NCBI GenBank assembly: GCA_964551375.1
Contig: CAZKBG010000001.1
Coordinates: 450,001 to 482,000, forward strand
Direction: 5' to 3'
From: an uncultured archaeon
GTDB taxonomy: Archaea > Iainarchaeota > Iainarchaeia > Iainarchaeales > JAAZKV01
DNA length: 32,000 nt
Part shown: piece by piece, positions 31,441 through 32,000 of the stretch
Layout: the number at the start of each line of letters is the position of its first letter
Numbering within the stretch: position 1 is the first letter of the stretch
The notes under the pieces: generated by a model
Database searches by the model: none
Told to the model about the DNA's origin: nothing
The model's input: the letters and a program-made list of their open reading frames with translations, nothing else
Position numbers and translations under genes: made by a program

Positions 31441-32000
31441 TGCCTGCTGATGAAAAAAGCATAATAAAAATAATCCAGAAAATGGTACAGGACAACGAGC
31501 CTGAACAAAAAATAGTTGAAACCCTTCAAAGCATGGGAGTAGAACAAGACCAGGCAAAAAGACTCTTATTGATTGCGCAGGCGGATACTTTCACTCTTCT
31601 TGGAGCGGAGCTTGATAAAATTGTTGCAGAAAAAATGGCTGTTCAAAAAGAAATCCTGCAAAAAGAATCCGCAGCATTTATTAATAATGTTTTAGAGCAA
31701 AAGAAAAAAGAAATACGAGTTGAAATGGAGAAAGAGCTCCTTAGATACAAAACAGATTTGTTTGACAATCAGAAAAAATTCCAGGACAGCATTAACGAAT
31801 CCATCGAAAAAATCGCAAAACTAAACGAGCAATCCTACGCGATGAGCGAAGAAAACAAAAAAATGATAGAAACTGTGAATAAAGACTTGTCAGAGACAAA
31901 ATTAAAGGGAATAAAAGTAAGGCGCTCAATTGCAAGAACAATGCTAATGGTATTTGGAATAGCTGCATTTTTAGCCGCAGGCGGGTTAATAGTTTACACG
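31440..32000 (+). CDS. Coiled-coil membrane protein, N-terminal part (3' end beyond the window)
   Basis: This ORF is absent from the ORF track because it has no stop in the window. The ATG at 31440 overlaps the previous stop (TAATG), and the frame stays open for 187 codons to nt 32000: MPADEKSIIKIIQKMVQDNEPEQKIVETLQSMGVEQDQAKRLL...coiled coil...RSIARTMLMVFGIAAFLAAGGLIVYT (TM). Confidence 0.6.
   Translation, partial: MPADEKSIIKIIQKMVQDNEPEQKIVETLQSMGVEQDQAKRLLLIAQADTFTLLGAELDKIVAEKMAVQKEILQKESAAFINNVLEQKKKEIRVEMEKELLRYKTDLFDNQKKFQDSINESIEKIAKLNEQSYAMSEENKKMIETVNKDLSETKLKGIKVRRSIARTMLMVFGIAAFLAAGGLIVYT

Noticed and set aside
1-32000. Search for CRISPR arrays, IS elements or transposases, integrases, rRNA, and toxin-antitoxin pairs
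   Set aside because: I saw no regularly spaced short repeats and no DDE, tyrosine or serine recombinase motifs in any frame. There are no rRNA-like conserved stretches. The only notable repeats are the 33-nt direct repeat at 20919/21024 and the paralogous adhesin modules.

Overview
AT-rich, gene-dense archaeal chromosome fragment with no rRNA, CRISPR array, transposase or integrase. Archaeal origin rests on deoxyhypusine synthase, six proteins with class III (type IV pilin) signal peptides, a tRNA-Gln with an A1:U72 pair, and A/T boxes 26-30 nt upstream of first-gene start codons. A small-genome DPANN-like lineage is my inference only. Layout: (1) 1-1.95 kb holds a DUF362 Fe-S protein fragment, an MFS transporter and a divergent tRNA-Gln(UUG)/tRNA-Ile(GAU) pair. 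(2) 1.95-9.1 kb, minus strand, is a tightly packed six-gene signalling operon: single-domain KaiC-like ATPase, two stand-alone receivers, a KaiC-like paralog without a P-loop, a Cache-HAMP histidine kinase, and a kinase-less Cache-HAMP-4xPAS membrane sensor. (3) 9.2-19.05 kb is an archaeal type IV pilus locus: a solo pilin gene, a FlaI/PilB-type ATPase, two separate T2SSF platform genes, a Lys-rich/wHTH protein, four small pilin-like proteins, a 589-aa pilin fused to a large C-terminal beta-rich module, and a Sec-secreted tandem paralog of that module. (4) 19.2-25.8 kb is housekeeping: dys, a histidine-phosphatase-fold protein with a degenerate RHG motif, a double-wHTH regulator, a small membrane protein, and gatC-gatA-GNAT-gatB. 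A 33-nt direct repeat here brackets a GC-rich two-hairpin insert at the regulator's 3' end. (5) 25.8-32 kb holds an orphan basic protein, a minimal MBL/beta-CASP nuclease, two coiled-coil proteins, a riboflavin-synthase-like-fold protein and a large Ig-like surface protein. The best candidates for new biology are the pilin-fused adhesin module with its secreted paralog, and the KaiC-hub signalling operon that shares a control region with a pilin gene.
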